Below, piece by piece: positions 31,068-40,526 of a stretch of DNA of 64,000 nt. The stretch's first letter is position 1; each line of letters opens with the position of its first letter. The stretch lies in NCBI GenBank assembly GCA_038214755.1, contig JBBQRQ010000011.1:12011-76010 (forward strand). The letters are read 5' to 3'. The position numbers and the translations under genes were made by a program. The notes under the pieces were generated by a model, which was not told the origin of the DNA, made no database searches, and saw nothing but the letters and a program-made list of their open reading frames with translations. The stretch is from Verrucomicrobiota bacterium (GTDB taxonomy: Bacteria; Verrucomicrobiota; Verrucomicrobiia; Limisphaerales; CANJXF01).

Positions 31068-31283
31068 GTGGCGAAAACTGAACGCAAAATTATCGGCGAA
31101 GCAGTTCTCAGATACCGAATAAAATCGAAGTTGAGTCAGGAAGCTCTGGCGGAGAAAGCTGACATTCACCCTAATTACGTAGGTCGAATCGAGCGGGGAG
31201 AATGTTCTGCCACGGTTGAAATTCTAATCAGAATTGCCAAGTCCCTCAACGTTCATCCCCACAAGTTTTTTTTGAAACTTTAG
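31068..31283 (+). CDS. XRE-family HTH transcriptional regulator
   Basis: LSQEALAEKADIHPNYVGRIERGE; divergent from the cassette. Confidence 0.9.
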   Translation: MAKTERKIIGEAVLRYRIKSKLSQEALAEKADIHPNYVGRIERGECSATVEILIRIAKSLNVHPHKFFLKL

Positions 31284-31391
31284 TCGAGCGTTTGTTTCCT
31301 AAGGTCAGTCGTTTGCAATGCCGCGATTTCTTTTGCCAGCCGTTGAGTCACAGGCCGAGGTTCGGGTAGGGTCATCTTGCGACCCGGCTAA

Positions 31392-31766
31392 TTAGCTGAT
31401 CCGATTCTCGGACACAATTTCCACCGTTCTGCCGTCGGGATCCGCAACAACCGCCCGACGACCCCATGGCGAATCTTTCGGCGGCGTAATCACGGGCGTT
31501 CCCAACTGTTGCAAAGTTTCGAGTGTCACATCAATAGATGCGACGCGAAAACCGAGACGGGTCGCGCCGCCTGCGCGAGGGTCAGGCGTAGCGCCTTCGC
31601 TCCCCGGATAAATTTCGAAAACTGTTCCACCCAAATCACACGAATGATGAACTGGGCCAGAGCCGTGTTGCTCTTGGGTGAAGGTCAGACCCAACGCGCG
31701 ATACATCCCAAGCGTCGCCTCCATTCGCGATGTTCGCAGAACTAAAAGTGAAAGCGGCGAATACAT
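31392..31766 (-). CDS. VOC / glyoxalase-family protein
   Basis: LLVLRT...YRALGL.F..EQHGSGPVH; SPWGRRAVVADPDGRTVEI; ATG at 31766. Confidence 0.88.
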   Translation of the reverse strand: MYSPLSLLVLRTSRMEATLGMYRALGLTFTQEQHGSGPVHHSCDLGGTVFEIYPGSEGATPDPRAGGATRLGFRVASIDVTLETLQQLGTPVITPPKDSPWGRRAVVADPDGRTVEIVSENRIS

Positions 31767-31771
31767 GGACT

Positions 31772-33595
31772 TCAAAGTTTTCTCACACCCGCCGCGACGG
31801 TCGTTTTCGCCCGTTCCAAAATTTCGCGCACGCGGAAAGTCAGTCCATCGGTTTTGGTGATGCCGCGAATTTTCGGATCGCAATAACGCGCGCGGAGCAG
31901 GCCGCCCAGTTGTCCGAAACCGTACAAACCTTCGTCGTTCATCTCGACGACGAACACGTGATTGAATCCGGCAAAAATATTTTCCAACCCCGGCGGCAAC
32001 GGGCTGATGTGTTTGATGTGAATCGATGAAACGCTATCGCCTGCCCCGCGCGCGCGATCCACCGCTTCGCGAATCGGCCCTTGCGTAGAACCCCAGCCGA
32101 CTAAAAGCACATTGCCTTCAGACGGGCCGTAAATTGTCGGCACAGGCAAACTTTCTCCGAGCGCCTGCAATTTTTTTCGCCGCTTTGCCACCATTTGCAT
32201 GTGCAACTTTGGTGAGCCAGTCGGATGGCCCAACTCATCATGCTCCAATCCCGTGGCGATGGGATATTTGCCGCTTTGAATTTTTGTGCCGGGGGCGACG
32301 TGTCGCGTAATGCCATTCGGCATCGAGAGATCGTACGGCTTGTGATCGGCTACCGGCGTGAGGTCAGGTGAAATGTCCTGGCAAACTTTTTCGAGATTCG
32401 GTTCTTCAAAAGCTTCGATGCGAGTTGAGATAGCTTGATCGCTGAGAATAACAACCGGGACGCTGTACTTGCGCGCGATGTTCACCGCTTCAATGGCTGT
32501 GTAAAAACAATCTTCCACATTCGCGGGCGCGATGACCACGCGCGGCGAATCTCCGTGCCCGCCGTTCACCGCGATATTCAAATCCGATTGCTCAACATTC
32601 GTCGGCATTCCCGTCGAAGGTCCGCCGCGTTGAATATCGCAAATGATCAACGGCATTTCCGCCATCACGCCCCAACCGATGGCCTCGGTTTTCAATGAAA
32701 TTCCAGGGCCGCTCGATCCCGTCACCGCCACGCGACCGGCATAACTCGCGCCGAGCGCCATCGAGATCGCGGCGATTTCATCTTCCGTTTGCACAAATGT
32801 CCCGCCGTATTTCGGCAACTCGCGCCGCAACAATTCCATGATGTCCGACCACGGCGTAATCGGATAGCCCGCGCCGAAGCGAACTCCCGCCGCGATCAAT
32901 CCGTAAGCAAGCGCTTCGTTGCCGTTCATCACTACTTGATGGCCGGATTTTTTCTGCGAATCGACAAACTGAAAAGTCTCAATCAAATTGCCGAGCGAAT
33001 AACTGTAGCCGGCGTGAAAGGCGGCGAGGGCATTCTTCAAAACGCTTTCGTCTTTGCCCGTGAAACGTTCGGCGACGAGCTTCTCCAACTTCGCCACGTT
33101 GAGATCAAACATTTTGGCGATCAATCCGAGCGCAAAAATATTTTTGCCTTTATCTTTCGCCGTTCCGCCGATTGCCTCGACGGTCAGACCCGAAATCGCG
33201 ACGCCGACGTGATGATAATCCTTGGTCCATTCCGGCTTCGGTTCGACGTGGCCGGAATCGTATAAAACAATTCCGCCTTTTTTGAGCGAGTCGATGTGGT
33301 TCTCGTAGGAATGTTGATAGAAAGCGAGTAGCACGTCGGCCTCATCGCCGGAACTGAGAACTTCGCCCGAACCGATACGAACTTGAAAAATCGAAGGCCC
33401 GCCGGAGATGGTCGAAGGAATTGTCATGAAGGTCATGACTTCCTGTTCGCTGCGTCCGGCGAGTCGCGCTAAAAATCCGCCGATGGCTTGAATTCCGTCC
33501 TGGGAATTTCCCGCGATGCGAATAATTGCCTCGGAGATTTTTGAAATTTTGGGAGCGCCGCCAGCGATAGGCGCGGTCAAAGTTGATTCACTCAT
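31772..33595 (-). CDS. korA: 2-oxoacid:acceptor oxidoreductase alpha subunit (gamma-alpha fusion)
   Basis: GNEA...GYPITP, QTEDEIAA, SSGPG, QRGGPSTGMPT, VEMN. Confidence 0.93.
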   Translation of the reverse strand: MSESTLTAPIAGGAPKISKISEAIIRIAGNSQDGIQAIGGFLARLAGRSEQEVMTFMTIPSTISGGPSIFQVRIGSGEVLSSGDEADVLLAFYQHSYENHIDSLKKGGIVLYDSGHVEPKPEWTKDYHHVGVAISGLTVEAIGGTAKDKGKNIFALGLIAKMFDLNVAKLEKLVAERFTGKDESVLKNALAAFHAGYSYSLGNLIETFQFVDSQKKSGHQVVMNGNEALAYGLIAAGVRFGAGYPITPWSDIMELLRRELPKYGGTFVQTEDEIAAISMALGASYAGRVAVTGSSGPGISLKTEAIGWGVMAEMPLIICDIQRGGPSTGMPTNVEQSDLNIAVNGGHGDSPRVVIAPANVEDCFYTAIEAVNIARKYSVPVVILSDQAISTRIEAFEEPNLEKVCQDISPDLTPVADHKPYDLSMPNGITRHVAPGTKIQSGKYPIATGLEHDELGHPTGSPKLHMQMVAKRRKKLQALGESLPVPTIYGPSEGNVLLVGWGSTQGPIREAVDRARGAGDSVSSIHIKHISPLPPGLENIFAGFNHVFVVEMNDEGLYGFGQLGGLLRARYCDPKIRGITKTDGLTFRVREILERAKTTVAAGVRKL

Positions 33596-33681
33596 GCGCG
33601 TTTATAATTTGTTCCGAGATGTTCCTTGTTGCGAAAATTTCCCGATGGTCACTGCAACTTTTCATGGATTACCAACCGTTC

Positions 33682-33710
33682 ACCGTATGGAGTGCGAGCT
33701 AGAGTGTCAA
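33682..33710 (-). promoter_or_regulatory. Putative sigma70 promoter of korA
   Basis: TTGACA-17 bp-TACGGT on the minus strand. Confidence 0.5.
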
Positions 33711-33867
33711 ATAATTCCCGGCTTTTCCAGTCTCAAATTCGAGAAGTTTCTACAGAGCAAAATCACAACCAGTCAGAAAATGCCGCTGGAGAAGTAGCAA
33801 GGATAATTTTGGTCGAGAGGAACATTAAGACTTCGCCTAACTGGTGTGCGATGAACGCGAGCCTCTT

Positions 33868-33967
33868 CGGGTTGCATCTGCCTCCGGCGGGTGCGAACGA
33901 TTCCTTTTCTATTCGATGTTCAATGTTTAAAAAACACTTCGCACCCGCCGGAGGCAGATGCTACCCG
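33868..33967. repeat. REPIN (GGGTAGCATCTGCCTCCGGCGGGTGCG family)
   Basis: 30-bp inverted repeat with one mismatch; other copies at 55551, 60404 and 61907. Confidence 0.88.
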
Positions 33968-33997
33968 CGTCGCTGGAACCTTCGGAAATAAAACCCC

Positions 33998-35206
33998 TCA
34001 CTCATAGCGCAACGCTTCAATCGGGTCCAAACCAGCCGCTTTTTTCGCGGGATAAAATCCGAAGAAAATTCCAACCGCCGCACTGAAAACAAACGCGACA
34101 AGAATCGACGTAACGGAAGTCAGCGCCGGCCAATTCATTTTTGTCGCGAGCAGCCGAGAGATTCCCACGCCCAACATGATTCCAATGGTTCCGCCAATGA
34201 CGCTCAACGTCACCGCCTCAATTAAAAATTGCAGAAGAATATCTTTGCCTTTCGCCCCGACGGCCATGCGGATGCCAATTTCCCGCGTCCTCTCCGTCAC
34301 GCTGACTAACATGATATTCATTATTCCGATTCCGCCGACGACCAGCGAAACGCAAGCGATTCCACCAAGCAACGCCGTCATCGTTTTCGAGGTGGCCGTA
34401 GCCGCCTCGGCCAGTTCCAATTGACTTCGCACGGTAAAGTCTGCTTCGCGTCCACCGCGGCGTTGTTGCAACAAGCCGGTTACTTCGGATTGGATTCGGC
34501 TCATGTCTTTAGGAGACGATGCCTCGATCAAAATGGCGCTGAGATATTGGCGACCCATTACTCGCCGCATCGCGCTGGTGTAAGGAATGATCACGGTATC
34601 ATCTTGATCCGAACCAAAAAAACTGACGCCCTTCGAGGTGAGAACACCGATGATCTTGAAAGGAATATTGCGAAGCCGAATGGTTTGCCCAAGTGGATCA
34701 CTGCCAGCAAAAAGTTGATCGGCCACGGTTTTTCCAATGACCGCGACTTTGGCGCCGCTCCGCACATCGGGTTCGGAAAACATCGATCCATCAGAAAGCG
34801 GCCAGGCGCGAATGCTCAAATAATCCGGCGATTCACCTTGCACCTGCGTATTCCAATTCATCCCGTTGGCCATGACTTGCTGCCGGTCGCGAACTTCGCC
34901 GCTCACCGCGACCACGCCGGAAATTTCCGTTGAGATCAGTTGGGCTTCATCCGGCGTCAAGGTGCTCATCGAACCCCAGCCGCCCCGCGCGCCACTCGAA
35001 CTGGAACTCCCCGGAAAAACCGACAGCACATTTTGTCCGAGGCTCGCGATTTGCGCTTCGACTTGCGACTTCGCGCCATTGCCGATGCTCACCATCGCGA
35101 TCACCGCCGCGACGCCGATGATCATTCCGAGCATCGTTAAAAAAGTGCGGAGTTTATTTCGTCGCAAAGCCCGCAATGCAATTCGAATGGTCGCGAATAT
35201 TCTCAT
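33998..35206 (-). CDS. MacB-like ABC transporter permease
   Basis: RTFLTMLGMIIGVAAVI; SLVVGGIGIMNIMLVSVTERTREIGIRMAVGA; DPIEALRYE. Confidence 0.93.
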   Translation of the reverse strand: MRIFATIRIALRALRRNKLRTFLTMLGMIIGVAAVIAMVSIGNGAKSQVEAQIASLGQNVLSVFPGSSSSSGARGGWGSMSTLTPDEAQLISTEISGVVAVSGEVRDRQQVMANGMNWNTQVQGESPDYLSIRAWPLSDGSMFSEPDVRSGAKVAVIGKTVADQLFAGSDPLGQTIRLRNIPFKIIGVLTSKGVSFFGSDQDDTVIIPYTSAMRRVMGRQYLSAILIEASSPKDMSRIQSEVTGLLQQRRGGREADFTVRSQLELAEAATATSKTMTALLGGIACVSLVVGGIGIMNIMLVSVTERTREIGIRMAVGAKGKDILLQFLIEAVTLSVIGGTIGIMLGVGISRLLATKMNWPALTSVTSILVAFVFSAAVGIFFGFYPAKKAAGLDPIEALRYE

Positions 35207-35224
35207 AGGGCGACTCTTGGAGGG

Positions 35225-35380
35225 GTGTTGCCCAAACCGTAGGGCAGGCTTTCCAGCCTGCCAGTGACGAGACTTTCAGTCTCGTGAAGGAGATGAGATT
35301 GTTTCATAGGTTTTCCGAGGGACTGGAAAGTCCCCCACACCGGCAGGCTGGAAAGCCTGCCCTACGTGCGTTTTGGTAAC
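35225..35380. repeat. GTAGGGCAGGCT REPIN inside a degenerate GTGTTGCCCAAA shell, within the mac-like operon
   Basis: Inverted repeat 35238-35366 resembles 25719-25860; left flank matches the end at 58765. Confidence 0.8.
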
Positions 35381-35401
35381 GGTGTAGCAGATATATATTT
35401 C

Positions 35402-36163
35402 TCATGCTGATAACTTAATTGCCTTTTGCGCTTCTTTCAGGCGGCGTGACTCCTCCTCGGCGTCCAACCGTTCTGTGACCAGTTGGTCGCTCAAAATTTC
35501 TCCGTCCCGCATCACGACATTTCGCTTCGTGTAACGGGCGATGTCGAGTTCGTGCGTTACCATCACGATGGTGATTCCTTGCGCGTTGAGTTTTTGAAAA
35601 ATTCCCATCACTTCGATGCTCGTTTGCGTATCCAGATTTCCGGTCGGCTCATCGGCCAAAAGCAAGCGCGGTTCGTTGACCAACGCGCGAGCGATGGCGA
35701 CGCGTTGTTGTTGTCCCCCGGAAAGCTGACTTGGCTGATGCTCGGCGCGATCTTTCAAACCAACCATCTCCAGGGCCTGCAACGCTTTTTCAGCCTGCTC
35801 TTCGGCGGAAAGATTTTTCTGACTGTAGAGCGTCGGCAATTCGATGTTTTCCAAAGCGGACGTGCGCGAAAGTAAATTGAAACCTTGAAAGACAAATCCT
35901 ATTTTTTCGTTGCGAACTTCGGCCAATTCATCGCGGTCCAAACCGGAGACATCAATTCCATCGAGTAAGTAATGGCCCTCGGTCGGTCGATCCAGGCAAC
36001 CGACAATATTCATCAGCGTCGATTTGCCGGAACCGCTCGCGCCCATGATCGCGACGAATTCGCCTTTTTCAATTCTCAGAGAAATCCCGCGCACGGCGTG
36101 AACTTCCACGTCGCCGGTCTGATAAATTTTGTGAACGCTGTCGATCTGGATGATTGCGTTCAT
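35402..36163 (-). CDS. ABC transporter ATP-binding protein (MacB/LolD-like)
   Basis: [33 protein letters not shown]. Confidence 0.95.
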   Translation of the reverse strand: MNAIIQIDSVHKIYQTGDVEVHAVRGISLRIEKGEFVAIMGASGSGKSTLMNIVGCLDRPTEGHYLLDGIDVSGLDRDELAEVRNEKIGFVFQGFNLLSRTSALENIELPTLYSQKNLSAEEQAEKALQALEMVGLKDRAEHQPSQLSGGQQQRVAIARALVNEPRLLLADEPTGNLDTQTSIEVMGIFQKLNAQGITIVMVTHELDIARYTKRNVVMRDGEILSDQLVTERLDAEEESRRLKEAQKAIKLSA

Positions 36164-37470
36164 CGACCAAACCTCGAGCTTCCCCCAAACGGATTTACGG
36201 CGGGCTTTGGAGCTTCGCTTTCAGGCACAATAGCTCCTACCACGATCTCGTCGCCTTCCTTCAATCCTTCCAAAACTTCCGCCGCCAGCCCGTCGGTGAT
36301 GCCGGTCTTAATTTGAATCGGCTTGGGTTCGATAATTGTCTCTCCATTTACAATCTTTTTTTCCGCCAGATAAACTGTCTTGGGACCGCCACGATCCGGC
36401 CTTGGTCCTCCAAGACGCGGGGCGCCGCCAGAGCCTCCACCGGATCGAGAACGTCCTTCCCGTCCACCGCCACCACGAGCACTTGCGTTGGTTTGCGCTG
36501 TGGCAACTTGCGCGGGCGCGTTCGTCGGTTTTGCCCCAGCAGAATCAGGCGGCCGAAATCGCAGCGCGGCATTTGGAATTTTTATCACATCTTCTTTATG
36601 AGCGACGATGATTGAAACGCTGGCGGTCATGCCGGGCTTCAGTTTCAAATCGCGATTGTTCACTTCGATCACAGTGTCGTAGGTCACCACGTTTTGAGTC
36701 GTGATCGGCGCGTTGCGGACTTGAATGACCTTGCCCCGAAAAGTTCGCGTCGGAAACGCGTCCACCGTAAAGGTCACCTCCTGTTCGACCAGGACTCCTC
36801 CGACATCGGCTTCCGAAACCATCGCGTCGATTTGCATCTTGGTGAGATCATTGGCAATTTTGAAAAGCACCGGCGCATTCATGCTCGCGGCGACCGTCTG
36901 GCCGACATCCACTTCGCGAGACATCACCACGCCATCAATCGTGGAAAAAATCGTCGTGCGCGCCAAATCAACTTTGGCTTTTTCCACCAAAGCCTGCCGG
37001 ATTTTCACGGTGGATTCCGATTGATGCAACTCGGCCATGGCTTTGTCGTAGTCCGCCTTCGCCAGAAGTTTATCGGCGTAGAGGGCTTTGGCGCGCTCGG
37101 CATTGAGGCGAACCAATTCGAGGCCCGCTTCTGCGCTGGAGAGTTCGGCTTCGTTCTGGTTCACGTTCGCCAAGTAAGTTGCCGGATCGAGTAGGGCAAC
37201 GATTTGACCATTGGTCACCGGTGAATTGAAATCAGCGTAAAGTTTTTGGATGATTCCAGAAATCTGGCTGCCCACCTGGACAGTGACCACCGGATTTAAT
37301 TGTCCACTGGCGGTCACGACCTGCATCAAGTCCCCCCGGCCAATCACGGCGGTTTTATATTCGGTTTTCGTCGATTGCGATTTCTTCCAAAAATAAAATC
37401 CACCCCCGCCGAGTGCCGCCAGCACCAATAAAATAATGAGCCATTTCAATCCCGATTTTTTCTTTGCCAT
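36160..37470 (-). CDS. Efflux periplasmic adaptor subunit (MacA-like)
   Basis: N-terminal TM; VQVGSQISG; GQTVAAS; LKPGMTA; GITDG...EVLEGL. Confidence 0.92.
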   Translation of the reverse strand: MAKKKSGLKWLIILLVLAALGGGGFYFWKKSQSTKTEYKTAVIGRGDLMQVVTASGQLNPVVTVQVGSQISGIIQKLYADFNSPVTNGQIVALLDPATYLANVNQNEAELSSAEAGLELVRLNAERAKALYADKLLAKADYDKAMAELHQSESTVKIRQALVEKAKVDLARTTIFSTIDGVVMSREVDVGQTVAASMNAPVLFKIANDLTKMQIDAMVSEADVGGVLVEQEVTFTVDAFPTRTFRGKVIQVRNAPITTQNVVTYDTVIEVNNRDLKLKPGMTASVSIIVAHKEDVIKIPNAALRFRPPDSAGAKPTNAPAQVATAQTNASARGGGGREGRSRSGGGSGGAPRLGGPRPDRGGPKTVYLAEKKIVNGETIIEPKPIQIKTGITDGLAAEVLEGLKEGDEIVVGAIVPESEAPKPAVNPFGGSSRFGR

Positions 37471-37580
37471 ACGATGTTAAACCGATCTGAACACAATGGT
37501 TCACCTGTTGAAAATTAAAGTCGCCAACACCTAGACGCCAATTTCCGCGCGGAAGATTCATTTTTTCCGCCTAACCGATT

Positions 37581-37830
37581 TTGGACTGCGGCGGCACGAC
37601 GACGCTTTTCCTGCACGCTTCGCTAAAGAGTGAATCTCTCGAAATGGCTGAGAACGTGTCTGAGAAATCCCCAAGCCACGTAGCCGCCGACGTGAGGAGG
37701 CGGACAATCCTGCGGCCTTTCGGGCGAAATCCGCCTCCTCACGTCGGCGGCTACATTTCTCAGACACGCTCTGAGACCGTTGGCTTCTTTCACCGTGCAG
37801 CCAAAGCGGGAACATGTTCCCACAGTCCCA
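37581..37830. repeat. Degenerate TTGGACTGCG REP pair enclosing a MITE
   Basis: TTGGACTGCGGCGGC...GCTTT at 37581 and AAAGCGG...CAGTCCCA near 37803-37830. Confidence 0.55.
37652..37771. mobile_element. 120-bp MITE with IS5-like ends, TGA target duplication and internal GTAG-REP palindrome
   Basis: GAACGTGTCTGAGAAAT / ATTTCTCAGACACGCTC (16 of 17 match); TGA at 37649-37651 and 37772-37774; inner GTAGCCGCCGACGTGAGGAGGCGGA pair. Confidence 0.82.
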
Positions 37831-37850
37831 GGATGCGCCCCTCGGAAAAT

Positions 37851-38636
37851 TTAATGTTCCGCAAACCGGTTGAGATGAAACTCAATTCCATCCGCCACTC
37901 CATGTCCGTGAGAAAATTTGCTCACGTGACCGTCCTGCGCGAGCACAGTGGCTTTGACCGATTCGACCGCGTTTTGCGGCGCGACAAGGTAACGCGCGTA
38001 TTTCTGGGCGAGCATGGGCAAATCATTCAAGTGATCGCCCGCCACTAAAATATTTTCCGCCGAAATTCCCAGCCGCCGCGAAACTTCACCCAGCGCAGTC
38101 CCCTTGTTGTAACCGGCGTGGCTGAATCGCGCGTAAACATCGTTGCGCACCACCGTCAGTCCGGGAATTTTTTCGCAATATTTTTCGAGATAGCTGTGAA
38201 TGATGTCCGCGTCCGCATTTTTTTCCGCGATCAAACAAAAAGGCGAAAACGGATCTTCATAAACCGTCGCGGAAAATCGCTCGTTGACCCACGTCATCAA
38301 TTGCGGGACATCCTCGCGGACGCGCAAAAAAAGTTCCGCATGGGCGTGGCTGCAATCGCGATTCCAATCCGCCAACTCGACGTACTGCGAATTTTCATGA
38401 AAATAAATTTCGCGCTCAACCAGGACCAAATAATCCGGCTTCACCGACAAACGCGAGCGGCCAAGCGCTTCCATCAAGCTGGACAAATCGCGGCCAGTGT
38501 TGATGACCCAAATCACTCCTTGCGCTTGAAGTTCGCCAATGAGTTGCTGCAATTTCAAAGGCACCGGAGGATTTTCAAACTCGGCAAAGAGGGTTCCATC
38601 GAAGTCAGTTGAAAGTAATTTAATCGGCAACGACAT
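37851..38636 (-). CDS. HAD-superfamily subfamily IIB hydrolase
   Basis: STDFDGTL, INTGR, NKGTAL, GDHLNDLPML. Confidence 0.9.
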   Translation of the reverse strand: MSLPIKLLSTDFDGTLFAEFENPPVPLKLQQLIGELQAQGVIWVINTGRDLSSLMEALGRSRLSVKPDYLVLVEREIYFHENSQYVELADWNRDCSHAHAELFLRVREDVPQLMTWVNERFSATVYEDPFSPFCLIAEKNADADIIHSYLEKYCEKIPGLTVVRNDVYARFSHAGYNKGTALGEVSRRLGISAENILVAGDHLNDLPMLAQKYARYLVAPQNAVESVKATVLAQDGHVSKFSHGHGVADGIEFHLNRFAEH

Positions 38637-38733
38637 AGCGTTTCAAATTATAGGCAGGCTGCCAGAGGCGATAGAAAAAGTTCCATGTTTCCCCTGACAT
38701 CCGAGTAGCGCGGGTGCGAAAAGATTTTTTGAA

Positions 38734-38900
38734 CGTAGCGCAGGATTGCATCCTGCTGTATCGCCGGTTTGCAACCGGCTGAACGTCGCAAAGCTGCAAA
38801 CAAAAATAGAAAGCCTCTGGTTTCCCAAAAGCCTTCCGCTCTGGCCGTGTCACGCAGGTTAAAAACCTGCTGATACGGCAGGATGCAATCCTGCGCTACG
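38734..38900. repeat. GTAG REPIN (GTAGCGCAG family)
   Basis: CGTAGCGCAGGATTGCATCCTGC / GCAGGATGCAATCCTGCGCTACG perfect inverted repeat. Confidence 0.88.
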
Positions 38901-38944
38901 AGCATTGCCGAACGCCCATCCCTCCGTTAAAGTTCAAAAGATTT

Positions 38945-39400
38945 ATGCCCACACTTCAGGAACGCTGCGACGACGCCATCATGGATTTCACCACCGGCGA
39001 TTGCGATGCCGCGATTGAAAAATTGAAAACCATTTTGGCGGAGGACCCGGATTATTTCGACGCGCAACTCGCGCTCGGCCAGGCTTATTTTGCCAAAGGA
39101 GATTTTCAAGCCGCGATTATCGAAGGTCACAAGGCGCAAAAATTAAAACCGAACGAACAACTTGTTCACACCAACCTGAGTCGCGCCTACATGAAGATCG
39201 GCGACAAGACGACGGCGGAACATCACGGCCTGCAAGCGCGCATCGCGTCATGGAAAGAAAACATGACCCCGCCCGCTCCGGGATCGACCGAGCCGGAATT
39301 GGAAATGGCCAAACCCAAACCGCCGCCGATGAAAATACCGGAAAAATTTCCTGATATGCCGTGGAAGAAGAAAACGGGAGATTCGGGAACAAAGCATTAA
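38945..39400 (+). CDS. Tetratricopeptide repeat protein
   Basis: DPDYFDAQLALGQAYFAKGDFQAAI; PNEQLVHTNLSRAYMKIGD. Confidence 0.85.
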   Translation: MPTLQERCDDAIMDFTTGDCDAAIEKLKTILAEDPDYFDAQLALGQAYFAKGDFQAAIIEGHKAQKLKPNEQLVHTNLSRAYMKIGDKTTAEHHGLQARIASWKENMTPPAPGSTEPELEMAKPKPPPMKIPEKFPDMPWKKKTGDSGTKH

Positions 39401-39445
39401 CTTCTTTCCTATGAATCCGCCCGGCCGCAAACAGGAGTCAACAAG

Positions 39446-39823
39446 ATGAAAGTTTGTGCCTAATGCGGGCGAGAGAACAGCGACGAGACTCTGAATTGTT
39501 TCGAGTGCGGCACAGACGAATTCAAAGGCGAAAAAGCCGTAACTGAACCGCACCTCCGACCGGAATTTCATTTCGGGGAATTGTCCGCCGATGAGATGGA
39601 GAAGCAGTGGACTACTCTGGTCAAATGTCGAACGCTCACGGAAGCGGATTTGGTGGTAAGCCGTCTTGACGCCGCTGGCATTACCACTTTTCTTCCCGAT
39701 GAATTTGTCATGCAGGCTATCTCTTGGAATTTAAATACGTACGGTTACGTTCGCGTTCAAGTTTCGCCGAAAGATTACGAGCAAGCCAAAGAACTTCTTT
39801 CAGCCCCGGAACAGAACGCTTAG
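39446..39823 (+). pseudogene. Zinc-ribbon plus DUF2007-like protein with an internal TAA at codon 6
   Basis: MKVCA*CGRENSDETLNCFECGT is in frame with EADLVVSRLDAAGI...VRVQVSPKDYEQAKELL. Confidence 0.7.
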
Positions 39824-39837
39824 ATTTCTTTTAAATT

Positions 39838-40119
39838 ATGAAATCCGCCTACGAACTCGCGATGGAGCGTTTGAACAAAACTGCGCCAGCCGCAAAAGTC
39901 ACTGACAAACAAAAGAAGCAACTCGCCGAACTGGATTCCAAATATTCCGCGAAAATTGCCGAGCGCGAACTCTTCGTAAAAGGCGAGCTCGCCAAAGCTA
40001 TCAACAAAGGTGATTACGAAGAAATGGAAAAACTCGAGAAACAACTCGTCAGTGATCGCAGATCACTCAGCGCGGAACTCGAAGAGAAAAAAGAAAAAGT
40101 TCGTCAGACAAAAGCATGA
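39838..40119 (+). CDS. Hypothetical coiled-coil protein
   Basis: 93-aa charged helical ORF starting MKSAYELAMERL. Confidence 0.8.
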   Translation: MKSAYELAMERLNKTAPAAKVTDKQKKQLAELDSKYSAKIAERELFVKGELAKAINKGDYEEMEKLEKQLVSDRRSLSAELEEKKEKVRQTKA

Positions 40120-40166
40120 TCTAATTATTCATTACAAAGTGACCAGGCACATGTTAGCTTTTTTCC

Positions 40167-40526
40167 ATGAACGAATGTCTTGCGGAATCGGATTTGCGTG
40201 AACTAAGTCAGACCATGCTCGCTGATTTCGAGCGGCGAGTCGCTTCGATCCCGCAAGACCTTTGCGCCCCATTTCACAGCGAAGCCATGAAACTCGAAGT
40301 GGAATTGCTTTCCATTTACAAGATGGTGACGTTGTGCGTTCGCAAGGAACAGGATTTAGATCGCGTCGCTTCTTACTGGGACTTGATGGTGAATATTTGC
40401 GACCAAACCTCCCGACATCTTTTGAAACTCGTCCAGCAACATCCTCATTGCGGGGCCGATTGGTATCACGATCGAGTTCTCGACCTTCGAAATAAATGCC
40501 ATCGTCTCCAGCAGATGCACTCCTAG
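40167..40526 (+). CDS. Hypothetical protein
   Basis: 119-aa helical ORF co-oriented with its neighbours. Confidence 0.6.
   Translation: MNECLAESDLRELSQTMLADFERRVASIPQDLCAPFHSEAMKLEVELLSIYKMVTLCVRKEQDLDRVASYWDLMVNICDQTSRHLLKLVQQHPHCGADWYHDRVLDLRNKCHRLQQMHS

Noticed and set aside
39461..39463. Stop-codon recoding (Sec/Pyl or alternative genetic code)
   Set aside because: The codon is TAA, not TGA or TAG, and TAA ends many genes in this window normally.
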